Assembly (NCBI GenBank): GCA_965655095.1
Contig: OZ296650.1
Coordinates: 131,006,001 to 131,070,000 of the forward strand
Source of the DNA: Haplodiscus bocki
Taxonomy: Eukaryota
Direction: 5' to 3'
DNA length: 64,000 nucleotides
How positions within the stretch are numbered: position 1 is the first letter of the stretch; every line of letters begins with the position of its first letter. The position numbers and the translations under genes are program-made. Shown one piece after another: positions 48,301 through 62,320 of this stretch. The notes under the pieces are model-generated. The model did not search any database, was not told the origin of the DNA, and saw only the letters and a program-made list of their open reading frames with translations.

Positions 48301-48646
48301 GTAAAAAAAGTTACCTTTCAGTTTCGGTTCAATTTCAGCTATGCTTATGGAAAACGATGCTCAAGTCGATGATACTATGTCTTGATTCCCTCAATGAAAA
48401 GGTTCTCTGTCTATCGTTTATCACCATAAGGTTCTCTTCTCTCTTCAACAAAGAAGTCTTTCAGTTCAGCTTCATGTGCATTCTTCGTATGGTCGCCCCA
48501 CATAGGTTGTTTACAATCTACAATTGAAGTCAGCTTGAACGATCATCTCGCGACAACGATCGATAAGTTTTTGTATACGCTATCGCCGTGTTCAATGTTT
48601 GCAGTAGTGCCTCCATATCTATTTGGTGATTTGGTTTCACATACAG

Positions 48647-50412
48647 TGTCGGACTGATGTGTGGCTGTACCAGAAGTCGTACCACAGTCAGTCCTGGGGA
48701 AGGGTTCAGATGCTGCGTGGTCACAATTCCCTGGAGTAGCCGAGTCAACTCTTCTGGCTGGTGTGTTACAGGAGCAATAAACCCTCTTACTTGCTCGTTG
48801 AGAGCTTCTTGAGTCAAGGTCTGAATCTCGGAAACTACTCCTTGGACGTTCTTCGATGAACTTCCAGTTACACTTTCTTCTGTCTTACCGTGGTCCTTCA
48901 TTGTGCACTCTATCGATGTATAATACCGTTTACCGTTTCTAAGCTCTCTTCACGGATTTAAGCATTAAAGTTTCAAGACTTGAATTTTCATGAGGAACTC
49001 GGATGTTATTTGGCTGCTCACAAATGTGAATATTTTAGCATGTTCACGGAAAATGCTAAGCGTTGAAAGACGAAGTTGAAACTGACGCAAGCTAAAAAGG
49101 TCTTAATTCTCAATCAAGTTTTAGCACTGTGTGAAAGTACGTAGTCGTTCTTACTGATTGCGCACACTTTGTGTTGGTCCTCGGTGGTTTCGCGCAGTCA
49201 CGTGACCGATTGTAAGAACTATTTTTACCATCGGCGAGTTCTCGTTGTCCCACTAGCTATATCAGTAATTCATTAATTAAGGTGTGAAACGCAAATGTAC
49301 TGCAAACGTGGAGGTTACACGTTTATAAAAAGGCATTTTTACATATTTGTTTCAAAAAATTTGCAAAATTTCAAAATGGCTGAACATAGCAAATACAACC
49401 ATCGCATACGTAAAGTACTTGCACCAAATGAAAATTAAAGAATCAGCGTTCTTTTTCCTCCATTGTATTGTTTTCATCATTGATCTGCGTAAAGTTCAAT
49501 CAATTTCAGTTTTCATAGGAATTCATCACTTCGCCTGTAACTACTCTTGTTTTTCGTATATTAATGTCTGCTACTTCTAAGGTTCGATGAATTCCGAAGT
49601 CTTTTAATAAAACACATGTCATCGCTCAAAAACGGTTCATGAATCATTGAGTTAGGTCAAAACTGCATCGAATCGATAGATAAAGATGATAAACACTTTT
49701 GTCAGCAATTATTTTGTTATCAATATATCACATCGGGTCACGGTTTTCAACCTGTCGATGAAAAGACATGCATTCTAAACAGCATAGTGGTCAATTTGTG
49801 AGGTTTTTATCAATTGAAATACTGTCAACGGCTCAGTAACAGATTTACACTTGTCGAATGTAAGCCGATGAATTATGTTTTGTCCAATAATCCATTTCAT
49901 TCTTCGCCTATATGCCTATATTTTCCTTCATTATTTGCTGTTCAATGATTGTTCAATGATTTTTTGCATGTACGCACTATTTGGAAAAAGTTAACACAGT
50001 GAAACATCAACCTGATGTTGTTCAATGAAAATGTGTCCCGGATCGTTTGTTTTTGTATCAGTCTGGCCGCTACAGAATGCACCTGTAATGGCTCACGTTC
50101 ATCTTATCTATCTTATCTATCTATCTTAGTTCTAATTACTTTCAAGTCCTCATCGGAATTTGTCAATTTGATCAAATTGTTCCAAGACATTGGTTATGGA
50201 TGGATAGCGATGCTTTCACTTGCTCAGCAATTTTTCCTACCTAATATATTTTTTTGTTTACAATACATAAATTGCGTTCATACCGGGGAAAGGGAAGTAA
50301 TGGAACAAAAATGCATAAGTACTTCGACCCTGTAGAATTTGCATAAAGATCGTAGTAATGATAGTGGCCTCATACAACTAAAACAAACCGTAAGTTTCGG
50401 GGTATGTAGATA
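48647..50412 (-). repeat. 3' LTR (~1.77 kb)
   Basis: Direct repeat of 62013-63831. Ends ...CCGACA on the - strand and is preceded by a polypurine tract. Confidence 0.85.
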
Positions 50413-50427
50413 GCTCATCTTTTCCTC
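50413..50427 (-). other. Polypurine tract candidate (GAGGAAAAGATGAGC)
   Basis: Purine-rich run on the - strand exactly where LTR homology ends. Confidence 0.6.
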
Positions 50428-53400
50428 ATGCCGGCATGACATTGCTCGCGTGCTTCTTTTGAAACTGGAGTGCGTGTCAATTGTGCAGAAGTGCTGTTTG
50501 CGCATCGCACTTTCAGCTGTCCTTCGTTGACTTGAGGATTCTTGGTTGGCCTTCGTTAGTTCTGGATGGTTTTCCATCGTCTTCGTTCCTTCGTTGGTTG
50601 CTGACAATTTTTCATTGCTTCTTGTCCTTTGCTTGTGCTGGGCATGGAGGGGGACGCATCCTTCGTCTGTTTGTCGGTATTAGTCGGCTTGTTGTTTTTT
50701 CGCTGAGCGCTTCCTTTCAAGTTTCAGCAAACAACCTTTTCCATCCATTTTCAACTGTGTGCTTGTGGAATGAGAGTGAGAGTTCGTTGTACTTTCATTG
50801 ACAGACGGCATGCTGAGCGGATGGAGGCCGAGAGTCGCAATTTGTTCGCTTCTTCTCTTCGTCAGGTGATTAACTTTGATCGACCTGGCGCCACGTCTTC
50901 TTCGGTGCGTCTTTTTTCCGCCGTGGTTGTGTCAACCATATTTGGACAGTCGCTGGTATCGCTCGGTTGCTGTTAATCAGAACCAAGTTCAACTTTGTTG
51001 TCATCCGGGACTCCTCAAATCGGCTCGATTTCTCGTCGATTTTTGGAATTGTGGTGTTCGGTACCACTGATGACAAAGAATTGAAATGTCAGTTTTTTCA
51101 ACCGCGGGGTATTTTGAACTTTTAGTCGTGTTTCAGCTTGGTTGAGATTTTCAGTAAGCCTCCGCGATTCTCCTGTCAGGACGTTTCGGTGTCCAATTGT
51201 GGTTGATCAGGCCACTTCAGACAACCTGTTTTTTCATCAAACAATGTAATTGCCTTCATCTGCTTTTGTGACCGTCCACTATGGTTCTTTTAGAATGCTA
51301 TGGGAAGTTATCCGAAGTCGTCTTCGCCAGATAAAATCACGAGTTAGCATCCGTTGCCTCAATACCCATATCCAGAGTGTCTTGTTGTGTCGGTCCTGTC
51401 AGTACAATGTCTCTCTTGTTCTTTCAACTGCTTCCAGGAGTGTGGGCGTGAACTCCAGAATGTATTGGTTGTGCATGGAAGACACGATCCCCAGATGTGT
51501 TTGTGACCAGAATGTCTCTCTGCGTTAGTATTTGCTACCTTTCCCAGTTTGTTCAGCTCATGGGGCCTGTTACTTCATGGTTGTTTTCTGTTTAGTGATG
51601 ACTGTTGTTTTCCTTGGCGTGGTGTGGCCATTCCGTCTCTTGTCGGGTGCTGGCGGTGCCGTCAGTGCTTCATTGCCGGATGATGTGGAGAGGGCCGTGG
51701 CTGCGTGGTAAACTGTCTTAGAGGTTGAAGACAGTTCTTCAGATTCACTCTGTGTGGTGACTCGTTCCGTTGTGGAGTCGTTGTTGGACGTGGAGCCCGC
51801 TGGTGTGCCATCGTCTGCTGATCGTGTGATGGCCGTTGTAGCTGGTGAGTCTCTGTCTCCGAATGTGCAAGTGCTGATGTCTAAGCTGGAATGGCTGAGT
51901 GTTGCCTTTTCGTCTCCAGAGTCTGTGGGTGTCTGCGTGAGGACCACCTGCTGAAGACGGTGTCACTGCGGCTGCGGGTCCAATAGATGTGTCCGTCTAG
52001 ACTGAAGGTAGGTTGTGTGTCCTGATTGAATTCAGCTGTGGGACTTACTCTGCACTTCGCAAAGATCTTAGGTGGTTACCTATAGCCATTTTTCCAGATT
52101 TTCGATGAGAACGGATATTTTTTGTTTCAGTAGTTAGGAGCCTCCTGCGCTGGTTGGTGGTCTTTTTCATGAGTTGAATTTTCCTAAGTTATTCTGCATG
52201 TATCTGATTTTAAACCGGAAGCCTAATGTCATAGTTTGATGAAAATTGATGTTTATATCTTGGCTTTTTGAACATTGAAGTTTTGAACGGTTCGTGAGAC
52301 GGAACGGAATCGGTAATGCTCGTGATCGGGCGTGCTCAGTATCGCCTTGATGAAAACTGACGTAATTATTTCAATGCTTCTCTTGTGCTTGAGTGGGCAG
52401 CTTGCGTATCCCTTGGCAGTCCCGGTTGGGTGGGTATGTTCTGGTGTCTTTTTAAACTGGGTTTTGCCAATACTTCAGAAAGCTTCATGGCTAGGCTCGT
52501 TGACGATTGTGTGTAGTCGATTTGAAGGTCTCTAGTCGTGGGCTGGCTGTTTCGCGAACACGTGCGAGGAAAGAAGAAAATGTTGCGTGACAGTGCCTTC
52601 GTTGTTGTAGGACGGGATGGCAATGACACCTCAGGCTGTTGAGACCTCCGGCCGTTGAGTTGCGTTTCGTGCGTTGCATGATGGCGGGTCGTGCGTTGCA
52701 TTTAGTGGAATCTATGCCGGTTTTCAGTGTGGTGCAGGCAATCGAGACTGAGCAAGAAGGGGGCTCAGTCTGGGAGATTTTCTTGGGCCTTGTTAGCGAC
52801 GTCAACAGTACGTCTCAACTTTGAATGAATCTCATGGCTGAGCAAGATTGTGGTGGTGGGTGCCTCGCGGACGTCATTTCACACTCTCAGAGTGTGAAGC
52901 GGCTCCTGCCATCCACAGAAGGTGTGGACTCCTCATAGATCAGTAGTGAGATCGTTCTGGTTAGTATTCGTTCTCTGTGTGCATGGATGGCTGTAAATTC
53001 GCACTGTAAGACATTTATGGTTTTCTGTCTGAAATGTGTCCGGGGCGGTCATGAGTGTGTTTGCTTATGACCATGTTCACCGTTTTTCTGTCTTGTTCAG
53101 GCTGATCTTTTGTACGTGTGGTGGCCGTCCATCGTCACCGATGCCCTTGGACGTCTGGAGAGTAGCACCAGTTGTTACAGCTTGCATCTTCGTTCGCGTG
53201 GCAAAGATATTTGGCTGGTGATGACGATTGTGGAGAACTATGGTGTCTCCAACCAGGCGTTGGCGTCGATTAGTCGGCAGCCGAACTAGAAAGAACTGCT
53301 CTGGAGTGTATTTGAAAGCTACGCAGCAGATGTGTCCATTAATTATCACCGGCATCGTACTCGTCGGATGTCTTCCCTGGATTAAGTGATGCCGTGGGTG

Positions 53401-56400
53401 AAGACTTCATGATCGTACTTTTCTGGCTGTTAATGGGTGGCGCTATACCGACGTGACTGCTGTTTTTGTGGAAGCGATTCTGCATGCGTTTGATGGTGAG
53501 GATGTGTTTGCTGAGCTGAATTTTGTGCTGGCGCGCCTTTGGCCGTTTGTAGCGGCTTCAAGGTTTGATGACGCGCCCAATATTCTGCAGGTGAGTTTGC
53601 AGCGTGTTTCGTAGTCGCCGGGGTAACGTATCTATCTTTGAACCGTGATTCGCTTGTCACCGTGATATCTGTCATTATTGATAGTTTGTAAATTGTATGT
53701 AAGTCTTAGAGGGAATCGGAGTGGAAAATCAGGTGAATTTGATTTATACAGTACTGAGGAAAAAAAAGAAGGAAAAACAAACAAAACTAAAATTGACAAG
53801 AAACAAAATTCCAAGGTATATATATTTTTGCATTATTAAAGTGTACTGGTAGAAAAATTATCGTGGTTGTTTTTTGTTCCCAATTGCATGTCCAATGGTG
53901 GTTATTGGTTTGATTGTAACTTCAGGTAGTAAATTAGGGGGGGGGGGGTGGAGGTCAACGTGCCTCTTTTTGGTGACTCGCTGCGGGAGGTGGTCGTTAG
54001 CTGGAGTCTTTTTATGGAGTCGGTTTTTGGACCTGATGGTCAACATGACTCGAAGCGTCTGGACTCTGGAAGGTAGCTGATTTCATCGACTTTGTTGCCT
54101 CGATTGTTAGCACCGCAGCTGCTGTTTGTACACTGTAAGTTTTGGTTTCTATGAAAAGCGATGAGTTTGGTCATCCGAGTGTCATTTTCGCTGAAGGGTC
54201 GGTAATTAATGAGAACCGATGAAGTGTGGTTGGGCTTGTTTGTGGGAGTTTTTGATTTTGGGGCAGGGCATCAGTTGATCCGTTTGTTCAATTCCGATGT
54301 AAAATGATGAATAGTTTGCTGTTTTAGTTGGGTCTTTTTTTCTTCACAGTTTGGAAGAGGACAGTGATCGCATGTCTTACGCAGCTATGGAGGCTGTTAC
54401 GTCCTGGTAAGCGGTTCTGGCTCGTGTCGCTGATGTGGATTAGTTGTTCGATTTTCGTAACTTTCAAGCTTGGGTGGAACTTTCAGAGGATGATGTAGCT
54501 GTCAGTGGCGGGAAAGTGTTCCTTCAATGGATTACCTTGTTCCTTGCCAACGGAATTTTACAGACGTGGCGGTCTTTAAACAGTGTAGGAAGGAGTGTTT
54601 GGGTCTGTTCAAGTTTGTGGGGGTCAGCGTGTTATTGTCTCAAAGGCTGCATAGAGAAGTGTTGTTCTTTTTCGTCGCCGTTGCCTCGGGACTTCCTAAC
54701 ACTGCCAATCTGGTGGCTCCCCTTCTGGTTGTTTGTACTCAGCTGTGTGTGACTGGATGGATTTACCGCGCGTTGCAAGAGTCTTTTCCCGTTCAATTTG
54801 TGACGATTGTGATGTCTTGTAGGAATGACAGAGCTGTGCTAGAGGTTTAGGAGGCTGTGAACGTCATTTGTTTGTGACTTTCAAGGGATGGACTGCCGTC
54901 CGGTCCGGGCGCATTCTTAAGTCTGCTGCTTAAGATGGGTGACAACTTGAATCCTGTGACGTTCAATAGTGGTCCTGCACTGGCTACGTTGGCGGAGAAT
55001 CGTTTTGGCCGTTTTGTTCGGATTGTGCATATTTACTTCGTGCAGTTTGGTCGGCTGTCTGACCACTTCGAAGATGTTATGGTGCGTGCGGCACAACAAG
55101 CTGTACGTTGGCCTACTGCTTTGTACGACGTAAAACGTGTCGGTCCTTGGCGGACTGTGGCGAGGATGAGAGGATCGTCATTTTTAACAGTTGGCGCAGG
55201 GTCTTAGACTGGACTGAGCTGTGTGTTGAAGATGAGTTTTCTGCCCGAAGTCCCAGTGCTGAGATCAGTTGCATGGGGTCTTTTATCCGTGGAGGTTCAC
55301 TGAGCTCAGTGTTTTGAATTGCCTTGACTGAGGCGAAGGATTGTTGTTGCCTCAGACGGTGACGTATTTCGGTCTGCTTTGCTGAGAGAGCCTTGAAGTC
55401 ACAAGTAGGACAATTCCATTCCCCAGGTCTGATGTTTCTGGACTTTTGGGTTGTTTTGAGTTGTTAGACCATGGAGTTGCCACTTGGTAAGTTCCAACCT
55501 GTAAGACTGGGCTTTTATTATTCAACTCCTGCTTTGTTTTCCTTGATGAACTCTTTGCATTTTTGTTCTCGTTCTACATTAGGTACTTGTATAGTTATAC
55601 ATACTAAGTTTTGTACCGGGCCGGCTGCGTCCACCAGCACTTCAGTATGTTGTTGTCTTGGTAAAAACGGACTCGCCTGCCACTGGAAAAAAAGCAGAAA
55701 ACAAGAAAAAACTCAAAAAAAAACAACTTCGGAAGGGGAAACCCTGTTGAAAAAGAAGATCAAAATTTTTAGTTAGAATATGAATGATGGGTGACCAACA
55801 TGCAAACAGAAAATATTAAAGGAGAGGAGGTGCAGCAAGTCCTCATTGCGCTAATTTGAACCTTTTTCCTCTGAAACTGTTTTTCTTAGAGTGTGAGCGG
55901 GGAGCAAAAAAAGGAAAAGTGGTAGAGAAGTGAACCAGCAAATGTAATGATGAAAGTACGGGAAAAATGAAAGAAAACTTGAGTTTTGAATTTGGCTCGT
56001 TATACTCAGCAGAACTTGAGTAGAACTGAAGCGCTTTTGAGTGATCTAGGAACCGGAATCATTTTGCCCGTTCTTTTAACATTTTTTGTTGTGTTCTAGC
56101 TCCTGTGGTTAGGAGTTCTCCTTAATTTTGGGCGTCTAGCTGCGAGTGAGTTCTGTTGGATGATTGCTGGTTATTTTGTTTGTTTATAGGGTTTAGTTTG
56201 AGTTTAGTGGGTGAAATTTGGAATTTTGTTCTCAACGCACGAAAATTATTTTTGTTGTATTTTAAGTTGTGAGCAAGAAGAGATTTTCTTGTGTCTTCGT
56301 TTGCCACCTACGTGTGTTCTAGTTTTTGCTCAGTGTGAGCGTGTTGTGCTTGGTGTTAGTTTCCAAACAATTTTGAGAGTCTGCTGACTAGGCTGTGGTT

Positions 56401-57129
56401 TTGGCATGTGTTCATTTGAAGACTGATATTTTCCTATGGTTTTTTTGTCAGTTGGATTGACAGACTTCCGCTTCTTCGGAGTAACGGATGTTTTCCGATG
56501 AAGCTTGTTGTTGCCTGCTTTGTGTATGTGTGCCTTCCCTTTGAGTACTGACTGGTCTTAGTGCTGTGTGGACGTCATTAGTTTGATGAATGAGAAAGTC
56601 CGAGTACCTTTTGTGAGGTGGGTTGCCTCGCAGGTTGTATCGAGTCCCCGTAGATTTGGATCTTCGTGTCGTGTTGTTTGATTGGGGCTGCATGCCTGTT
56701 TTTCGACAGCTGTTTTTGTGTGAACCAGCGGAGTTGTCTCTTTTGTGATTCTGATCGCCTTTTGGGACCAGAGTGCAGGGCAGTCTAAAGGTATCGAAAT
56801 TGATTGATGTCCTTCGGGCGACAGTTTTTGGTGTGTCGGCATCGGAAGTTGATGGTTTTTCAGTTTTTTGGTTGATGTCGGCCATTTCTTCTGGCTCATC
56901 GTCACTTTTTTCTTCTTGTACAGATGTTGGGTTTTCGTCGAAAATAATCGCGTCTTCGACTGCCTTTGCATCAGGACACAAAACCTTTCGATTCACCTGA
57001 AATACTTCAATATCGTTTTGTGGAACAACAGGTCGCAGTCGCATCCTCTGAACGTTTTGAGTGTTCTGAGTCCCTATCTGGCGAACGATGTAGTTACTAA
57101 TGCATAGTACTTTCATCATTTTGACGGGT

Positions 57130-58120
57130 CCCTGCCAGTGGAATGATTGAAAATGTTAGTTGAATCTCTGGTCATCATACTTTGGTTTCAATAACAACAC
57201 ACATTTGTTGACGTTGTTTGGTTGAGCCTGACTTTTTTGTCATAATATGTCTGGTATTTATGGTATGTTGTGACAATGTTGTGCACGTTTTGCTCGTTTT
57301 TTTTCGTTGACTTAATCCTGCATCTTTGCCATGTCCGTTGGTGGATTGGTTACGTCGTTCGCATTTCCGTATTTGAGGTCTAGTGCACTGTGTAGTGTCC
57401 TACCGGGAAAAATCTTTGTTGGAGCAAACTTCAGGGAGGCGTGATCGGTGGTTTTATGGGCCATGACTGGGATGTTTACATATTGGTGCCACTGACGTTG
57501 GTGTGCGCTAATGTTGACCTTGGGGACCGTTTTGAGTTTATGGTGATTTCTTTTTATCTTGCCTGTTGTTTGTGCGTGTTTGATGGTTGCTTGCTTAATG
57601 CTAATGCCGACTGGCTCCATCATTTGTTTCACAATTGCGGCGGTGAGCGTTGTGCCTTTGTCCGTTAGTATGGTGTTCGGCACATACGTGTGTCTGTAAA
57701 AAATCGACATCAGTCCTTTCACGACCAAAGGTGCGTCGGGCCGTTCCAAGGGGATCGCAAACTTGTACCGCGAGAAATTGTCGACGGCGGTGAGATAGTG
57801 TGTGAAACCGTTAGATTGTGGAAGTGGTCCCACTAAATCGATCTGCAGGATGTCTTGTGGTCCCTTGCTAGGGTGGTAGTCTTTCTGCAATGGCGGTCGC
57901 GAGTGTCGTTTTGCGAGTGGTTTCGACTTGATACATGTCTGGCACTTGTTGATGCACGTTTATACTTTGGCGGCTAAGTTAGGCCAGTAGTATCTCTATC
58001 TATGGTGATATAGCATCTATCGCGAGCCCGGGTGTCCCTGCATGATGTCTTTGTGCATTGTCTGGAATAAGTTTTTCATACAGGCTTCTCTTACTACTGC
58101 TTCTCGATAAAAATTTTTTA
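57130..58120 (-). pseudogene. Gypsy integrase (HHCC + DDE core), frameshifted
   Basis: HHAGTPG, YYWPNL..CQTC, LQIDLVGPLPQSNGFTHYLTAVDNFSRY, TILTDKGT, HAQTTGKIKRNH. Confidence 0.9.
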
Positions 58121-58659
58121 CCTGTGTTGTCAAAGTACTTTCTCCACAATATCTCCCTGATCACTTCCAGGCGTTTTTTCAATGGAGTTTTTGAAAAAAA
58201 ACTGGTTTTCTAAATTCACGTTCGATGCCGGTGTCAGTTGTTCTAAAAGAATTGGCCTAAATTTTTGAATGTCACATTTGTTGTCTGGGACAACTTGTAA
58301 CTTAACCGTATTGGACGGACCAACGCTGTTCATTGCGCTGGTTGACAACGAATTGGTGTTTACAATTCTGATGAAGGCCAACTGGCCCTCCACCAGTGTT
58401 TTTCCATGTCCATTGTTGTCGTTTGTTCTGATCTGTTGAACATCGTTTTCTGTCGGTGTTGGGCGCTCTTGATCTGTTCGACTTGATGGTTCTTCATACG
58501 GTGTGTCACAGCATTTTTTTTCGATGTGTTCTTCAGCCTGGTCGAGAGGGTAGTCGTCAGTTTCGTCTCCTTCTTGATGTGTTGACTTGGAGGCAATGTC
58601 AACGTCTCCTTGGGACACAGGAGTAGAAGTGTGTAAATCCAAATATTTTTTATCCTCAA

Positions 58660-60000
58660 GTCGAACTTCCTGATGCGACAGGTAGTCGATCGCCGAGTTG
58701 TCAACACCGGGAACATGAGCAAAAAAAGTTGCAACGTCTGACCAAGTTTTTGAAGCAATGAGCGGATGGGTTTGACCTGAAAAAAGCTCTTTAACATTTT
58801 TTTTACTAGTCAAAATTCCTATAGATTTTTTCCTTCTTCACAAGATATGTCGAAACTCATCAAAAACTAAATGCATGGCTACACAATCTTTTGCCTACAT
58901 TGTTAACAACATTTGCTCTGTGGTGAATCGTTTCGAACCAGAGGCTAACAATGCAATTTTTACTCTCTTGGCCTTCTTCACCTGAGTAGTCCTCGACTAG
59001 GAGGACATAACCAGCTGCGTGTTCGCTTGCATCACACATGATTACTAATCGTTTTTTCCAACAGCGATATTTTCAAGGACGGCTTTGATGCTTTAAAAAG
59101 ACATTGAGTTTTTTCAAACATTGCTTCTTCATGTTATTGTGCTAATTTTAACGGAACTTTTTTTTCACCGCAGTAATTGTAGCGGAACTAATTTTTTGGG
59201 AAGTCTAGGAATATACTGCTTGTAAAAGTTTACAAATCTTAAAAAGCGTTGTTACGTTTCAACACTAGTCGGTAACTCTAAGTCCTTCATAAACATCATG
59301 TTGTTCATCGATGGCTGCAACTCCTGCTGTGGGAATGGGCTCCACTAAAGATTCAATCGAATCTTTACCAAACTAACATTGTTTGATCGACAATTTCAAA
59401 ACTGTTTTTTGAATTCGTTTAAACACAAGGTCAAAGGTTTCCATCAGTTGTGGTGCGGCGTAAGTAGCTACACCAACGTTTTCTACAAACTGCGAGCATC
59501 AGTCGACTTTCACGGCAAGGTCCAAGTTTTTCCCCATTACATTTGTAAAACCTGACAAAGACTTATTCAAACCTTGAGCTAAACATTTTGTACTCAAAAG
59601 TTCTCGAACCAAATTTGAAAGAGAGCAATGGTACTGACTACCCATATGCCATCTGTATGCAGTCGTACGATTAAAAGCGGTCTAATTTACAGAAGTTCTT
59701 CTTCCCGGCCATGTGTTGTGCTGCTTCTGAAAAGGTTGCCATTGGGTGGTTTTGTTCTCCCTAGTAGTGTTTTATCAAGGGTTTGATTCGACGTGAGTCA
59801 ACCAAAATCCTCAGCTGACCGTCCCGTTTGCATTGAGAAAAAGTTGGTGACGAGTACCTGCAAAAAAGAAGGGTGGTTATAATACCGTACTCTTGCATCA
59901 TTGCACGTTCAACCAACAATTTGTACTTCAAATTTCGTCGGAGTTGTGAGATTTTGCGAATAAACCGGTTTTTCATGTTGTGGTGTTAACTGAAGTTTGA
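58660..60000 (-). pseudogene. Gypsy reverse transcriptase and RNase H, decayed
   Basis: YSSPTFSQCKRDGQLRILVDSRRI, AQGLNKSLSGF, IMCDASEHAAGYVLL, AHVPGVDNSAIDYLS. Confidence 0.9.
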
Positions 60001-60849
60001 ACTCTGTGCTTATACCCTTGTCTAAACGATGCTTAGCAAAACTAAATTGGTACTTCGCTGAAAGGTGCTCTTCTTTGGATTTCTTGTCCTCAATGGATGA
60101 AGATTCATCTCAGTTGATTTTTCACAATAATTCTATTCGCTTTTCATCGGTTTTTGTCACATTCAGCTGCTCTTTGACTCGGAGGGTGATGATCTCATTG
60201 TGAATTCGTCTCTTGATCTTGTTCATTTTGGTTGGGTTATTACACGTCTCCGGAGTCGTGTACCATCGGTGTACTTCGGTTTCTAACTGTTCGTGGAAAA
60301 ACTGGCTGAGAATAGGTTCACACTCCTCCGGGTGGTAGTTCAAGTGCGGCACGTGCGCGTGAGGCACTGGCTCCGTGTTCGCTGCTTGTTGCAGCGTCAT
60401 CACCTTGAAATTAGTTACGGCTACACAACTGTCAATTGTAATTGTTTGTTGGTGAGGATTGATAATCTGTATCGCCTGTTTCAACTGTGTCAAAATGACC
60501 AGTGCCGTTGAAACCAGGAGTGCGTCCTTCTCTCGAACGCGGGTGTTGCTTCCACGGTGCTGCTCTTAGGAGAGTAGATAGCCTCTCCTCCGACGGGTAC
60601 CATAATTTGTTAGATCGGCGGGATCGCTGTCTTCTGTGTCCTTTGTAGTTCTATTAAACTGTGGAGATTTTTGTATTTGATTTTTACGCACTTACATTGA
60701 AATATTTGAAAGGTGTACTAAATGCTTTTTCACGTTTACAGTTACAGAGTAGTTTTGAAAAAAGGACAATCTTATCAGTACCATTCTCGTTGTTGACAGT
60801 ATGGGGCATTTTTCTTCAAAGCTACATCTTGCTAAAAAAAGCCTTATAA

Positions 60850-62320
60850 CATTTGTTTCTTCACTTTGACTAAAATACCTTTGGTACTCTGAAGTTTAAA
60901 CTCGGGGAGTGCGAGGATTTTTTCATCATGCCTTTTGTTTCTCGTCTCTGGTTTTGCGTTGCGTTTTCTGTTTGTTTTCCTTATGGTATCTGACGGTATG
61001 GCGAGGCTTGATCTGTCTCTCATTGAAGCATTTGGCAGAGTGTCCATTGTACCCACAAAACTGGCATACTAAAATTCGACTGTACACGGGGCGTTAATCT
61101 TTATTGTGATGTCTTTCTCTGGTTCGAAAAGTGCCATTCACTGCATCACGAGCTCTCTGTTGGCATTCGGTTTTCCTGTGACCGAGTTTGTCACATTAGA
61201 TGCACTTGCCTTCAAACGTTTTCGTCTGTTTGGCCTTTTGCGTTTGCGGTGTCGTCTTCGGTTTTCTGTCGTTTTCCATGGTTGTTGCCCGATGGAAGAG
61301 TTGCTGCGGTGCTGCTTGGGTAAACCGGATATACTGATGGCGTCCACGCAGGGAAACTTATTTTCATCGGGGCTAGTATCCTTCTTATGGCTTTTTATCT
61401 AATCCTGCCGGATGGAAATCCGGATCTTGCCGACGAGAACAGTCTGCATGTAATTTCTTTCGTTTTGTTGAATTGCTTGTTTGGCGATAACTTTTAACCG
61501 CTGGAGGAAGTCTTAGAAGGTTTCTGCTGTGGGATCGTTTTTTGTTTGGTCCCATTTGTAGCGTGCAACATCCCTGATGTCAATCTTTGCTGAGCTCTTT
61601 TCGAAACTCGGTCGACACGTCGTTTAGGATCGTAACCGTGCTTATTGTGAGCAATTGGTAAAATTCAACTGCTTCCTCCCTGAGAAGACTCTGGAAGTAC
61701 TGGAGCTTCGCCTTCTCAGTCAATCTGTTGCTCATTGGTCGTAAATGGTTCCGCATCATTTGTTGGAACTCAATAACCGTGTGGCCCCTCTAAACAATGG
61801 TGTCCGCACCTGTAACAATCTGGGATGTTTTCGTATGTACCCGGCCCGATAATGTCGTTATGGCGTCGAGTAAATGCTCAAACGGGTCGGTTCTTTGGGA
61901 GTCATTAGCTGTCGATTTCATCTGTAATGGTCATTGTATGTTGATTTTTCTTAGGTGGCGGGGCTGGTCAATTGTTCTCGGTGCTTTAGTGTTCGGTTGG
62001 CTCCTGTCACCATGTCCGACTGATGTGTGGCTCTACTTGAAGTGGTATCAAAAGCAGTGCGAAAGTATTGGGCTGTATGGTGGGTGGTGACTTTTCCTCG
62101 GACCAACCAAGTCAATTCTTCTAGCTGGTGAGTTACAGGAGCAAAAAACCTTCATATTTGTTCGTTGACGGCTTCTTGATTCAACGTTTGAATCTTGGAA
62201 ACTTTTCCCTGGGCATTTTTGGTTGAAATTCCTGGTATGTTTTATTCTGTGCTACCGTGGTCCTTCATTGTGCACTCTATCGATGTACAATACCGTTTAC
62301 CGTTTCTAAGCTCTCTTTAC
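60850..62320 (-). pseudogene. Gypsy gag, decayed; starts inside the 5' LTR
   Basis: RELRNGKRY at ~62316, QTLNQEAVNEQI, HQSD-MVTG across the LTR/PBS junction, KLQYFQSLLREEAVEFY, and knuckle CQFCGYNGHSAKC at ~61030-61070. Confidence 0.75.
62001..62012 (-). other. Primer binding site TGGTGACAGGAG
   Basis: Starts with TGG immediately after the LTR end ...GGACA. It is one mismatch from the complement of a tRNA-Leu 3' end as I recall it, so primer identity is an inference. Confidence 0.7.

Noticed and set aside
50430-55460. env gene / errantivirus call
   Set aside because: No signal peptide, cleavage site or TM segment is recognisable; left as unknown accessory ORFs.
50481-62090. Numerous + strand ORFs within the Gypsy element
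   Set aside because: They are antisense shadows explained by the GT-rich strand bias and contain no recognisable domains.
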